This document shows, one piece after another, positions 9,243-17,672 of a stretch of DNA of 64,000 nucleotides. Positions within the stretch are counted from its first letter, which is position 1; each line of letters opens with the position of its first letter. Source of the stretch: Acidovorax sp. Lineage in GTDB: Bacteria > Pseudomonadota > Gammaproteobacteria > Burkholderiales > Burkholderiaceae_C. The position numbers and the translations under genes were made by a program. The notes under the pieces are model-generated. The model was not told the DNA's origin. It saw nothing but the letters and a program-made list of their open reading frames with translations, and did no database searches. Location: NCBI RefSeq assembly GCF_046339755.1, contig NZ_JBKDTZ010000201.1, positions 1,878 through 65,877 on the forward strand, written 5' to 3'.

Positions 9243-11039
9243 TCAGGACGTCTCCAACACCTTGGCCCGCGCCCGCACCTGCCCCGCTTGCCCGTCGATG
9301 GTGAAATACAGCACCAGCTCCACGTCGGCGTCCCCGCGGATGATGGTGGCGGGACAGCCCGAGGCACGGCCCCTGTAAACGTCGGGTGATGGGGTGTATT
9401 GACTTTCCTCTGTCACGTTGGGCACATCCACATAGGTGTCGCCTTTGAGCAGCCGGATCGAGGTCGGCTTGAATCCGGCGGGCAGGGTATGGCCAGGGGT
9501 GGGGCTCACCATGAACCAGACATACAGGTTGTTGCAACTGGTCTGGGACGACTTGCCAAAGAAGTCCACGTTGACCGATACATGCTGCAGCTGCAAGCTG
9601 TTGCTGATGGGCGGCGTGACGGGCTGGGAGGCACGGGCTTGCCGTGCCCAGTGGGCAAGGCGGCCCAGGTCGCGCAGCTGGCCGCCGCTGTCGGGGCCCA
9701 GGTACATCAGGTGCGGGGTGCCGTGGCCGTTGACGGCGAGGTAGGTGTTGCCCGGGTAGGCGCGGACCAGGTAGTTTCCGATGCGACCGGGCAACGAGGG
9801 GAGGTTGAACTGGGGTGGAAAAGTCCTTGGAAGGCTGGCCTCTGCCCAGTCCAGCACCATGTTCGCATCGGCCAGCGGGCCAAGATCCTGCACTGCGTAG
9901 GGCGTGGCAGACACTCTACTGAAGCAGGCAGCGAGATTGGAAGTGGGATGGCTGTACTGCACGCCCGGGTAGTAAGCCCCTGCAGTATCGCACAGGCCGT
10001 CGCCGCGGCCGATGCCGGTGCCCCAGCAGTTGACATAGCCGCCGTCGAGTACCGCGCAGGCGTGTGTGGCGCCTGTGCTGATGGCGGTGGCATCGGTGAT
10101 GCCCAGCACATTGCCCGTTTCCGGCGCGGCTGAATCACGGTGGTAGCCGATGCCCAACTGTGCGCCGGCGTTGCCGCCCCAGCATTTCACCGTTCCGTCG
10201 GTGAGCACGGCGCAGCTGTATCCGGGGCCCACGGCAACGGCCTTGGCCGCACCGCCCAGGCCCTGCACCTCCACCGGTGCGGTCACCGGCGTGGCACTGG
10301 CCGGCGTACCCAGCTCCCCCTGGGCATTGCTGCCCCAGCAGGCGATGGCGCCGGTCTTGCGCAGCACACAGGCGTGGCCGTCGAAGAGGGCCACGTCCAC
10401 CGCATCGCCGATGCCCGGCACCCGCGTGCCCGTGCCGGGCGCGGGGGCCATGCCGCCCGGCGCGGTGAGCTGCGGGCTGCCGGTGCCGTAGCACCACACG
10501 CTGCCATCGCGCTTGACCGCGCAGGTGCTGCCGTTGCCGGCGGCCACACGGGTCACGTCGTACAGGCCTTCGGCATACGAGGCCTGGGCCGATGGCGTGG
10601 CGCTCACCGGCGCGCCGCGCTGGCCCCGGCTGCCATCGCCCCAGCAGTACACAACAGCGCCGCTGAGCGCGCAGGCATGGGTGGCGCCCACCGCCAACTG
10701 GGTGGCCTGCCGCACGCCTGCGATGGCCTGGCCCGGTGTGTCAGCCGTGGCCGGGCCGAACGAGAGGCTGCCCATGCTGCCCCAGCAGCTCACGGTTTCG
10801 TCCTTGCGCAGCGCGCAGTTGAAGCCCTTGCCCGCGCGCAGGTCGGCAATGCCTGCGCTGCTGGTCCTGGCCAGCGGCACGGCGCCCCAGCACTGGGCGA
10901 CCCAGTCGTTGGAGACGGAGCACGAGGTGTCGTAGCCGGTGCTGAGCGTGGTGGCTTGGGCCGGCGCAGCGGCCAGAAGCAATAGGCTGGCGAGCAGGGC
11001 CCCAAGCCAGAGGAGGGGAGCTGGGAAGGTGTTGCGCAT
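9243..11039 (-). CDS. secreted RCC1-repeat protein, paralog 3
   Basis: ATG at 11039 (MRNTFPAPLLWLGALLASLLLLAAAPAQA signal). RCC1 motifs (CWG..GQLG). Shares the post-propeller region (MVLDWAEASLPRTF...NGHGTPHLMYLGP...) and the C-terminal beta-rich tail with paralogs 1 and 2. Confidence 0.85.
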   Translation of the reverse strand: MRNTFPAPLLWLGALLASLLLLAAAPAQATTLSTGYDTSCSVSNDWVAQCWGAVPLARTSSAGIADLRAGKGFNCALRKDETVSCWGSMGSLSFGPATADTPGQAIAGVRQATQLAVGATHACALSGAVVYCWGDGSRGQRGAPVSATPSAQASYAEGLYDVTRVAAGNGSTCAVKRDGSVWCYGTGSPQLTAPGGMAPAPGTGTRVPGIGDAVDVALFDGHACVLRKTGAIACWGSNAQGELGTPASATPVTAPVEVQGLGGAAKAVAVGPGYSCAVLTDGTVKCWGGNAGAQLGIGYHRDSAAPETGNVLGITDATAISTGATHACAVLDGGYVNCWGTGIGRGDGLCDTAGAYYPGVQYSHPTSNLAACFSRVSATPYAVQDLGPLADANMVLDWAEASLPRTFPPQFNLPSLPGRIGNYLVRAYPGNTYLAVNGHGTPHLMYLGPDSGGQLRDLGRLAHWARQARASQPVTPPISNSLQLQHVSVNVDFFGKSSQTSCNNLYVWFMVSPTPGHTLPAGFKPTSIRLLKGDTYVDVPNVTEESQYTPSPDVYRGRASGCPATIIRGDADVELVLYFTIDGQAGQVRARAKVLETS

Positions 11040-11284
11040 GGCGGCCGTTTTATCAGCTTTGCTGCCGTATGCACACACAAAAAAACACCTGGTCACGAAT
11101 GGCCTGGCGCCCAGGCGCGGCACAATGCCGACCGGAATTTCCGTTTGCAAACCCTTCAATCCAAGCTGTCCCATGACGACCGAGCCCGTGCGCTAGCAAC
11201 TGGTCCTCCAGTTTCCCGGCAGCTACTTCACCTCGCTGGACTAGGTGCATGCCTTTGAAGACCGCCTGATCGCCTGCATGCCTA

Positions 11285-11516
11285 AGAACGTGTTTACGAT
11301 CTTTACGGGGCCGTGCGCAGTTGATAGCTCGGCTATCAACAAGTGCCGCAACGCCGCAGACCGCCCGGCAAGGCACTTGCCCGAAGGTTGGGGCGAAATC
11401 GGGCGATTGGACGCCCCGGCTGCTTGCATGGGCACGAGCCCATGCGGCGCACCCGAAGCATCCACTCATCCCGATTGCACCCCAACGCGGCCTCGCAAAG
11501 ATCGTAAACACGTTCT
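11285..11516. mobile_element. MITE-like non-coding element (family B), 232 bp with 20-bp perfect terminal inverted repeats
   Basis: Left end AGAACGTGTTTACGATCTTT (11285-11304). The right end AAAGATCGTAAACACGTTCT (11497-11516) is its exact reverse complement. The right half is repeated at 21340..21474. No credible ORF inside. Confidence 0.6.
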
Positions 11517-11889
11517 AAACCTGCGATGTCGATGGACACGATGTCGGTTGGGGCACCGTCAACTTCTTCATCTACAGCGGCTATCCCAATGCGGCTTCCG
11601 GACCTTCAGGAAGTACCTGGGCACGCGCAAGGTGGATAAGAAGCTGCGGGTGGCGTTCCGCCAAGCCACGGGCGAGGACTTCACCAACCTGTGGCCCAAG
11701 AAAGACCCGCGGCCCTTCCACTACTCGCACGACTGAGCTTGCACCGGCCCGCAGCGGGCCGAGGGCGCGCCAGCACCCATTGCATTGCTGCACCCCATGC
11801 ACGGCTCAACTGCAGCCAGCCCGATTGCTGGCGCGGGCACGCATGCCTACTCTTGGCGGATCCCAACCGCAAAAAGCAGGAAAGCCCGC

Positions 11890-12879
11890 ATGGCACAGCA
11901 GCAACAACAGGTCGTCGTCATCCACGCAACCGGCGCCCCCGAGGTGATGCACCTTGAACAATTCACGGACATCCAGTCTCCCGGCCCTGGCGAGGTCTGG
12001 CTCACCCAGGCCGCCATCGGCGTGAACCCGCTCGATGTGAGCCAGCGCAAGGGTGCGGTGCGCATCGCCTTGCCCTCGGGCCTGGGGCTCGAAGGGGCGG
12101 GCACGGTGGCGGCCATTGGCACGGGAGTGACGAATGTCGCCGCGGGCGACCGCGTGGCCTATGCCACGGGGCCGCTCGGGGCCTATGCGAGTGCGCGGCG
12201 CTTCCCGGCGGACCGGCTGGTGAAGCTGCCGGATGCGCTGTCGTTCGACGACGCGGCGGCCGTGCTGTTCAAGGGCATCACGGTGCAGTACCTGCTCAAG
12301 ACGACGTACGCCGTGGGGCCGGGCACGCGCATCGTGCTCTACGGGGCGGCGGGCGGGCTGGGGCAGATCATGGCGGCCTGGGCGCGGCACTTGGGGGCCT
12401 TCGTGATCGGCGTGGTGTCCAAGGCCGAGAGCGTGGAGCGCGCGCGGGCCGCGGGCTGCCACGAGGTCTTCGTCTTCGACCCGGCCACGCTGGCCGCGCA
12501 GGTGAAGCAGGCCACAGGGGGCCAGGGCGCAGACGTGGTGTACGACCCCATCGGCCGCGTGTCGCTGGAGGCCTCGCTCGACAGCCTGCGCCCGCGCGGG
12601 CTGTTCGTGTCGTTCGGCGCACTCTCGGGCGCGCCGGCGCCCATCGACATGGGCACGCTCAATGCCAAGGGCTCGCTGTTTGCCACGCGCCCCTCGCTGG
12701 CGGCGCACACCGCCATGGCGGCCGAGTACCAGGAGCGGGCGCGCGACGTGCTCGATGCGGTGGCGGCCGGCATCGTCCGGCCCCAGGTTTGGCGCCGCTA
12801 CCCGCTGGCCGAAGTGGCGCAGGCGCATGCGGACCTGGAGCAGGGGCGTTCTCAGGGCGCGATTGTGCTGGTGCCTTGA
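11890..12879 (+). CDS. NADPH:quinone oxidoreductase / zinc-type alcohol dehydrogenase superfamily protein
   Basis: ATG at 11890 (MAQQQQQVVVIHATGAPEV...). MDR-family layout with the nucleotide-binding motif GAAGGLGQ. C-terminal ...AHADLEQGRSQGAIVLVP is typical of Qor-like enzymes. Confidence 0.88.
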   Translation: MAQQQQQVVVIHATGAPEVMHLEQFTDIQSPGPGEVWLTQAAIGVNPLDVSQRKGAVRIALPSGLGLEGAGTVAAIGTGVTNVAAGDRVAYATGPLGAYASARRFPADRLVKLPDALSFDDAAAVLFKGITVQYLLKTTYAVGPGTRIVLYGAAGGLGQIMAAWARHLGAFVIGVVSKAESVERARAAGCHEVFVFDPATLAAQVKQATGGQGADVVYDPIGRVSLEASLDSLRPRGLFVSFGALSGAPAPIDMGTLNAKGSLFATRPSLAAHTAMAAEYQERARDVLDAVAAGIVRPQVWRRYPLAEVAQAHADLEQGRSQGAIVLVP

Positions 12880-12933
12880 CTGGGCGGGATGGGGCATGGC
12901 GTACAGTCCCCGTGACTGCTTTGCGAATACCCC

Positions 12934-14120
12934 ATGGACCTGCTCGACAGCCAACACGCCGATGAACTTGCCACGCTGCTCGCACTGCATGCCGAGGGCT
13001 CGTTCGCGGCTGCAGGGCGGGCGCTGAACAAGCACCCCTCTGTCCTCTCCAAGCGCCTGGCCGCGCTGGAAGCACGCCTGGGCGTGCGCCTGGTGGAGCG
13101 CACCACGCGCCAGCTGCGCTTTACCGACGATGGGCTGCGCCTGGTCGAGAAAGTGCGCCATGCCGCGCTCTTGATCGCCGAGGCCGAGAAAGAGGCCGCG
13201 CAGGGCGCGCGCGAGGTGCGTGGGCGCCTGCGCCTTTCCATGCCCGCTGCGATGGGGCGAAGGTGGCTGGGGCCTGTTAGCCCTATTTTCGGGGATCGCG
13301 TTGCCCGGCCTGGGGGCTGGATTCTAGTCACCCGTGCGCAGCAAGGTGTGCACCTTGCAAGCGCGGGCAACGCCGCAGACGGCCCCCAGGCCGGGCAACC
13401 CGAAGGGAAGGCCCTTGCCGGCGCGCCACTCGTCGTTGCGCTCCTTGCCTGTGCACATGCACACGCGGCGTCGCGTGCCTAGATTGGCACGCCGACAAGG
13501 GCCTTCGCGACCCCGAAAATAGGGCTAACAGGCCCCACCTCATGGTCGCGGGCTTTGCCATGGCCCACCCCGAGGTGCTGGTGAAGGTGGAGTACGCCGA
13601 GCGCTTTGTCGATGTGGTGGCCGAGCACTTCGACGCAGCCATCCGCATCGGCGAGCTGGAAGACAGCCGCCTGGTCGCCACACGGCTGTGCGAGCACCGC
13701 CGCATCCTGTGCGCGGCGCCGGCCTACCTGCAGCGCCATGGCACGCCGCAGGTGCCGGGCGATCTTGCGCAGCACAACTGCCTGGGCTTCACGGGGTTGC
13801 GCTCGTACCCCGAATGGCGCCTCACGCGCGATGGTGTGACCGAATCGGTGCAGATACAGGGCACCCTCATCAGCAACGACAACGAGGCCCTGCAGGCCGC
13901 CGCGCGCCTGGGCCTGGGCATCATGGCCGCGGGCGATTGGCTGGTCAGTCCCGACATCGCTGCAGGCCACCTGGTGCCGGTGCTGGCACCCTGGGGGCTC
14001 AATGCGCATGCCGGCATCTACCTGGTGCGGCCTTCGGGGCGCTTCAGCACGGCGGCCATGGCCGCGTTCAAGGCGTGGATGGTGGGGCAGTTCGCGCAGG
14101 GGGCGCCGTGGCGGTTGTGA
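12934..14120 (+). pseudogene. LysR-family transcriptional regulator split by a MITE insertion
   Basis: The N-terminal wHTH part (12934..~13270, ...LSMPAAMGRRWL) and the C-terminal effector-binding part (~13533..14120, PHLMVAGFAMAHPEVLVKVEYAE...) lie in different frames. They are separated exactly by the 268-bp inverted-repeat element. Confidence 0.8.
13269..13536. mobile_element. MITE-like element (family A), ~268 bp with ~26-30-bp terminal inverted repeats, inserted in a LysR gene
   Basis: Left end GGGGCCTGTTAGCCCTATTTTCGGGG(A)TCGC. Right end GCGACCCCGAAAATAGGGCTAACAGGCCCC. Internal perfect hairpins (GTTGCCCGGCCTGGGGG...CCCCCAGGCCGGGCAAC; GCAAGGTG/CACCTTGC). No ORF of plausible composition. 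Confidence 0.75.
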
Positions 14121-14184
14121 TGAATACGCCATGGAGCAACGACTTCTCACATTCCTGCCCCGGGCGGTGGGCATACTCGGCTCC

Positions 14185-15180
14185 ATGAAAGCATTTCTGT
14201 TCGGCCTGGCGGTGTCGGCCGCGGCCCTGGCTGCGGTGGCGCAGCCGGCGGCTGGCCCGCGCGATCAGCCCATCGAAGCGCGCGGCCCGTTCGGCCCGCT
14301 CAAGGGCAGCCTGCTGGGCGCGCCCGCGCCAGCGGGCGCGCCGGTGGTGCTCATCGTGCCCGGTTCGGGTCCCACGGATCGCAACGGCAACAACCCCCTG
14401 GGGGTGAACGCCGCCACCTACCGGCTGCTGGCGCAGGGCCTGGCGGCCCGGGGCATTGCCAGCGTGCGCATCGACAAGCGCGGCATGTTCGAGAGCAGCA
14501 AGGCCGTGGCCGATGCCAACGCCGTCACCATTCCCGACTACGTGGCCGACGTGCACAGCTGGGTGGGCGCCATCCGCCGCAGCACCGGCGTGCCCTGCGT
14601 CTGGGTGCTGGGGCACAGCGAAGGCGGCATGGTGGCGCTGGCGGCCCTGCAAGGCAGAGAGGCCGCGAGCGGCATCTGCGGCCTGGTGCTGGCGGCCACG
14701 CCCGGCCGCCCCGTGGGCCAGGTGCTGCGCGACCAGTTGCGCGCCAACCCGGCCAACGCCCCCATCCTGGATCAGGCGCTGGCGGCCATCACCCGGCTGG
14801 AGGGAGGTGCCCGTGTAGACCCGGCCAGCCTGCACCCTGCCTTGCAGCCCTTGTTCAACGAGGCGGTGCAGGGCTTTCTGATCAGCGCCTTCGCGCAAGA
14901 CCCGGCCAAGCTCATCGCGGCTGCGCAAAAGCCTGTGCTGGTGCTGCAGGGCGAGCGCGACCTCCAGGTGGCCGTGCAGGACGCGCGCCTGCTGGCCCAG
15001 GCCAACCCGAATGCCCAACTGGTGCTGCTGCCCGACACCAACCACGTGCTCAAGGCCGTGCCCACGGACGATGCCGCCGCCAACATGGCGACCTATGCCA
15101 ACCCGGGCCAGCCGCTGGCGCCGGGCGTGGTGGACGCCATAGTGCGCTTTGTCACCGCGCCGGGCAAGGCCAGACCATGA
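14185..15180 (+). CDS. secreted alpha/beta hydrolase
   Basis: ATG at 14185 (MKAFLFGLAVSAAALAAVAQPAAG signal). Nucleophile elbow GHSEGG. LIVPGSGPTDRNGN motif. Confidence 0.8.
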   Translation: MKAFLFGLAVSAAALAAVAQPAAGPRDQPIEARGPFGPLKGSLLGAPAPAGAPVVLIVPGSGPTDRNGNNPLGVNAATYRLLAQGLAARGIASVRIDKRGMFESSKAVADANAVTIPDYVADVHSWVGAIRRSTGVPCVWVLGHSEGGMVALAALQGREAASGICGLVLAATPGRPVGQVLRDQLRANPANAPILDQALAAITRLEGGARVDPASLHPALQPLFNEAVQGFLISAFAQDPAKLIAAAQKPVLVLQGERDLQVAVQDARLLAQANPNAQLVLLPDTNHVLKAVPTDDAAANMATYANPGQPLAPGVVDAIVRFVTAPGKARP

Positions 15181-15205
15181 TGGGCCGTACCAGGGAGGCA
15201 ACGCC

Positions 15206-15631
15206 ATGGGTGTGAGCAGCAGCCCCACCTGGAAGCAGCTCGAAGCGCGCTGGGACCAGGGCTTCGACACCTTGCTGCGCGAGGAGCAGGAGGCCATTGC
15301 CCTCTGGTGGCTGGAAGCCGAAACCATGAACGGCACACTTAACCAGTTCTACTGGAACAGCTCGGGCGACCTGGCCTTGCTGGCGCGCGATGGCCTGCGC
15401 AGCCTGGGCATGACTATCACCCTGGCTGCACTGGGTTCCACGCTGGCCTATTTCGGTGCCACCTACCCTTTGGACCGTGATGTGCGCATGGCCGTGCTGG
15501 AGGTGATCGAGGCGCAGCATGGCGAGGAGGTGTTCACACCCGCATCGCAGATCATCCAGGACTTGCCGGAGGACTTCGTGCAGGCGGCCATGGAGCGGCT
15601 GGCCGGGCTGTATGCGCGGGAGTCGGCATGA
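15206..15631 (+). CDS. DMP19/DUF4375-like small cytoplasmic protein
   Basis: ATG at 15206 after GGGAGG. The motif LWWLEAETMNGTLNQFYWNSSGDL resembles the DUF4375 (DNA-mimic DMP19) family as I recall it. Assignment is from memory only. Confidence 0.55.
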   Translation: MGVSSSPTWKQLEARWDQGFDTLLREEQEAIALWWLEAETMNGTLNQFYWNSSGDLALLARDGLRSLGMTITLAALGSTLAYFGATYPLDRDVRMAVLEVIEAQHGEEVFTPASQIIQDLPEDFVQAAMERLAGLYARESA

Positions 15632-16131
15632 CGCGAGATAACCCGGTGGACTGGTGGCGCGGTGCGCATGGCACCAAGCCCCGCGGCGCTGTTGGCCGAT
15701 CAACCATTCTTCTGGAGAAGCTTGTGAAACGATGCATTTCTGCGCTGGCCTTGTGCCTTCCTCTGCTCGCTTTAGCGGGCGAGCTGTCCATATCCTGCGT
15801 GGGTGAAGAGTCGCCCAACTGCCCGGTGGTGGTCGACGTGACATTGCGGCAGGAGCGGCTTACGGCGGAGTTCCAGGTGGGTGCCGCAGCAGGCGGTTCC
15901 ACGGCCACCATACTGAACTTCTGTGGTTATGAAGGAAGCGCCGCGAACATCTACTACGGTGAGTGGGTGGCCAACCAGAAATGCGTGGTGGGCGGGAAGT
16001 TTCGCGTGCTCAATGGCGAGCTGACCAAGCAGCAATTGGCCGACGGTGCCATGCGCTTTGAAATTCACACCGTGATGGCCTTCTGCGACAACTCGCTGGG
16101 ATCCGCTCGGTGCTCTCTCGTGAAAAGATGA
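15628..16131 (+). CDS. hypothetical secreted Cys-containing protein
   Basis: ATGA overlap with the upstream stop. Signal-like CISALALCLPLLALAG. An alternative GTG start at 15724 would give a cleaner signal peptide. Confidence 0.5.
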   Translation: MTRDNPVDWWRGAHGTKPRGAVGRSTILLEKLVKRCISALALCLPLLALAGELSISCVGEESPNCPVVVDVTLRQERLTAEFQVGAAAGGSTATILNFCGYEGSAANIYYGEWVANQKCVVGGKFRVLNGELTKQQLADGAMRFEIHTVMAFCDNSLGSARCSLVKR

Positions 16132-16391
16132 AGGACAGGTGCATTTGCAGTGGCTTGATTGAGCACTCAAGCCGCTGATACCTTGGCTGCTGCAGATCAG
16201 GGGTAAGCACGGGTAACAGGCGGTGCTCCGCGTTGCGCAGCGCGCAGGGCCATGGGTACTACTATGGGGGGCGCGCAGGCACACCATGTCGATTTGGCCT
16301 GCCGTCGTTCGTCGTGTGGATACGGGGTGCCGCGATAGACGGGCACGTCACCGGGGGGTGTAGGCCCGAATCAACCTCACAGGAGCAAGCT

Positions 16392-16760
16392 ATGTCTTAC
16401 ATCGATGGTTTCGTGATCGCAGTCCCCACCGCCAACCAGCAGAAGTTCATTGAGCACGCGCGCCAGTTCGACCCGATCTTCATCGAGCTGGGCGCCATCC
16501 GGGTGATCGAGGGCTGGGGCGATGATGTCCCCGACGGCAAGCTCACCGATTTCCGCCGCGCGGTGCAGGCCACGGCCGAGGAGACGGTGGCCTTTTCGTG
16601 GGTCGAATGGCCTGACAAGGTCACGCGCGACGCGGGCATGAAGAAGATGATGGAAGACCCGCGCATGGACCCAGCCAACCCCGGCAACCCGCCGATGCCC
16701 TTCGACGGCAAGCGCATGATCTTCGGCGGCTTCGAGCAGGTGGTTGAAGTGAAGGCCTGA
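16392..16760 (+). CDS. DUF1428 family protein
   Basis: ATG at 16392 after AGGAG. MSYIDGFVIAVPTANQQKFIEHA...KRMIFGGFEQVVEV matches the DUF1428 pattern from memory. Confidence 0.75.
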   Translation: MSYIDGFVIAVPTANQQKFIEHARQFDPIFIELGAIRVIEGWGDDVPDGKLTDFRRAVQATAEETVAFSWVEWPDKVTRDAGMKKMMEDPRMDPANPGNPPMPFDGKRMIFGGFEQVVEVKA

Positions 16761-17038
16761 GGGCGGTAGCTTTGCGCGCCCACGTCGGATGCGCTGGGCA
16801 ACGCACGTCTACTTTTTGGTGCGAAGGGCGCGTTGGCGGTGGCGGCAGCGCCCGGCGGCTGTTGGCATACTGTCGGCTTGCCGAGCCGCGCTCTTCGCGG
16901 CCAGTATGGCGGCAATCGGCCAACGGCCGCTGACCGCAAGCCCAATCCGCAAGTCATGTCCAGGGGGAATCAGTGTCTAGGATATCTCGCAAGATCCAGT
17001 TCATCCAGCAGGTTTTGCGGGATACATCACGTTAGAAA

Positions 17039-17620
17039 ATGCCAAAACGCCGCGTCAAAAAAGTAAGCTGGGAAATTGAGAGCGAGCGTCTTTTGGTCAC
17101 TTCTGCGATGAAGCGCCGCACTGAGAAATTGCGCCTGCTACGGGCAGCTACCTCGCTTTCGGAGCTGGAAAAGGCAACAACCCAGGAAGAAGTCTTCTAC
17201 GCAGTCGCACAGGCCGCTTTCGGTGCATACGACTTGGAGAAGTTTGTGGAAGCAGAGGCAATCGCCCAAAGAGCGCTCGAAGTCTCGCAGTCGTTCCAAG
17301 ACGACTGGAACTATGGCAACGCCATGTTCGCAGGGCACACTGTTCGTGGTCTTCTTGCGCTACGCCGCGGAGATGTGGAGCAAGCTGTACAAGCGCTTCA
17401 CGCGTCAGCCCAGAACACGGGATCTCCACAACTGGCATCGTTCGGGCCAACGATGCGACTCGCCAAACTACTCGTAGAGCTCGGCAAAAAAGATGAGGTC
17501 ATTGCTTTTCTGCATCAGTGTCTTTCGTTCTGGACGATGGGAAACACCTGGGTAGATGTTTGGGAGAAGAAAATTCGGCACGGCAAAGTGCCAAATTTCC
17601 TCATGCACCTTCATACATGA
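17039..17620 (+). CDS. hypothetical helical-repeat protein on a lower-GC islet
   Basis: 193-aa ORF with normal composition in a visibly AT-richer stretch. The motif NAMFAGHTVRGLLALRRGDVEQAVQALHASAQNTGSPQLASFGPTMRLAKLLVELGKKDEV resembles a widespread uncharacterised family. Confidence 0.6.
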   Translation: MPKRRVKKVSWEIESERLLVTSAMKRRTEKLRLLRAATSLSELEKATTQEEVFYAVAQAAFGAYDLEKFVEAEAIAQRALEVSQSFQDDWNYGNAMFAGHTVRGLLALRRGDVEQAVQALHASAQNTGSPQLASFGPTMRLAKLLVELGKKDEVIAFLHQCLSFWTMGNTWVDVWEKKIRHGKVPNFLMHLHT

Positions 17621-17672
17621 ACAAGGTCAGACCGGGCACCACCATGTCCTGCCGTTCGACCGCGGGACGGGC

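Noticed and set aside
11520-11736. Possible C-terminal gene fragment right of the family-B MITE (...FRKYLGTRKVDKKLRVAFRQATGEDFTNLWPKKDPRPFHYSHD*)
   Set aside because: Composition looks protein-like, and a second frame reads GTVNFFIYSGYPN just upstream. I could not recognise any family or a start codon, so it is mentioned only as context for the MITE finding.
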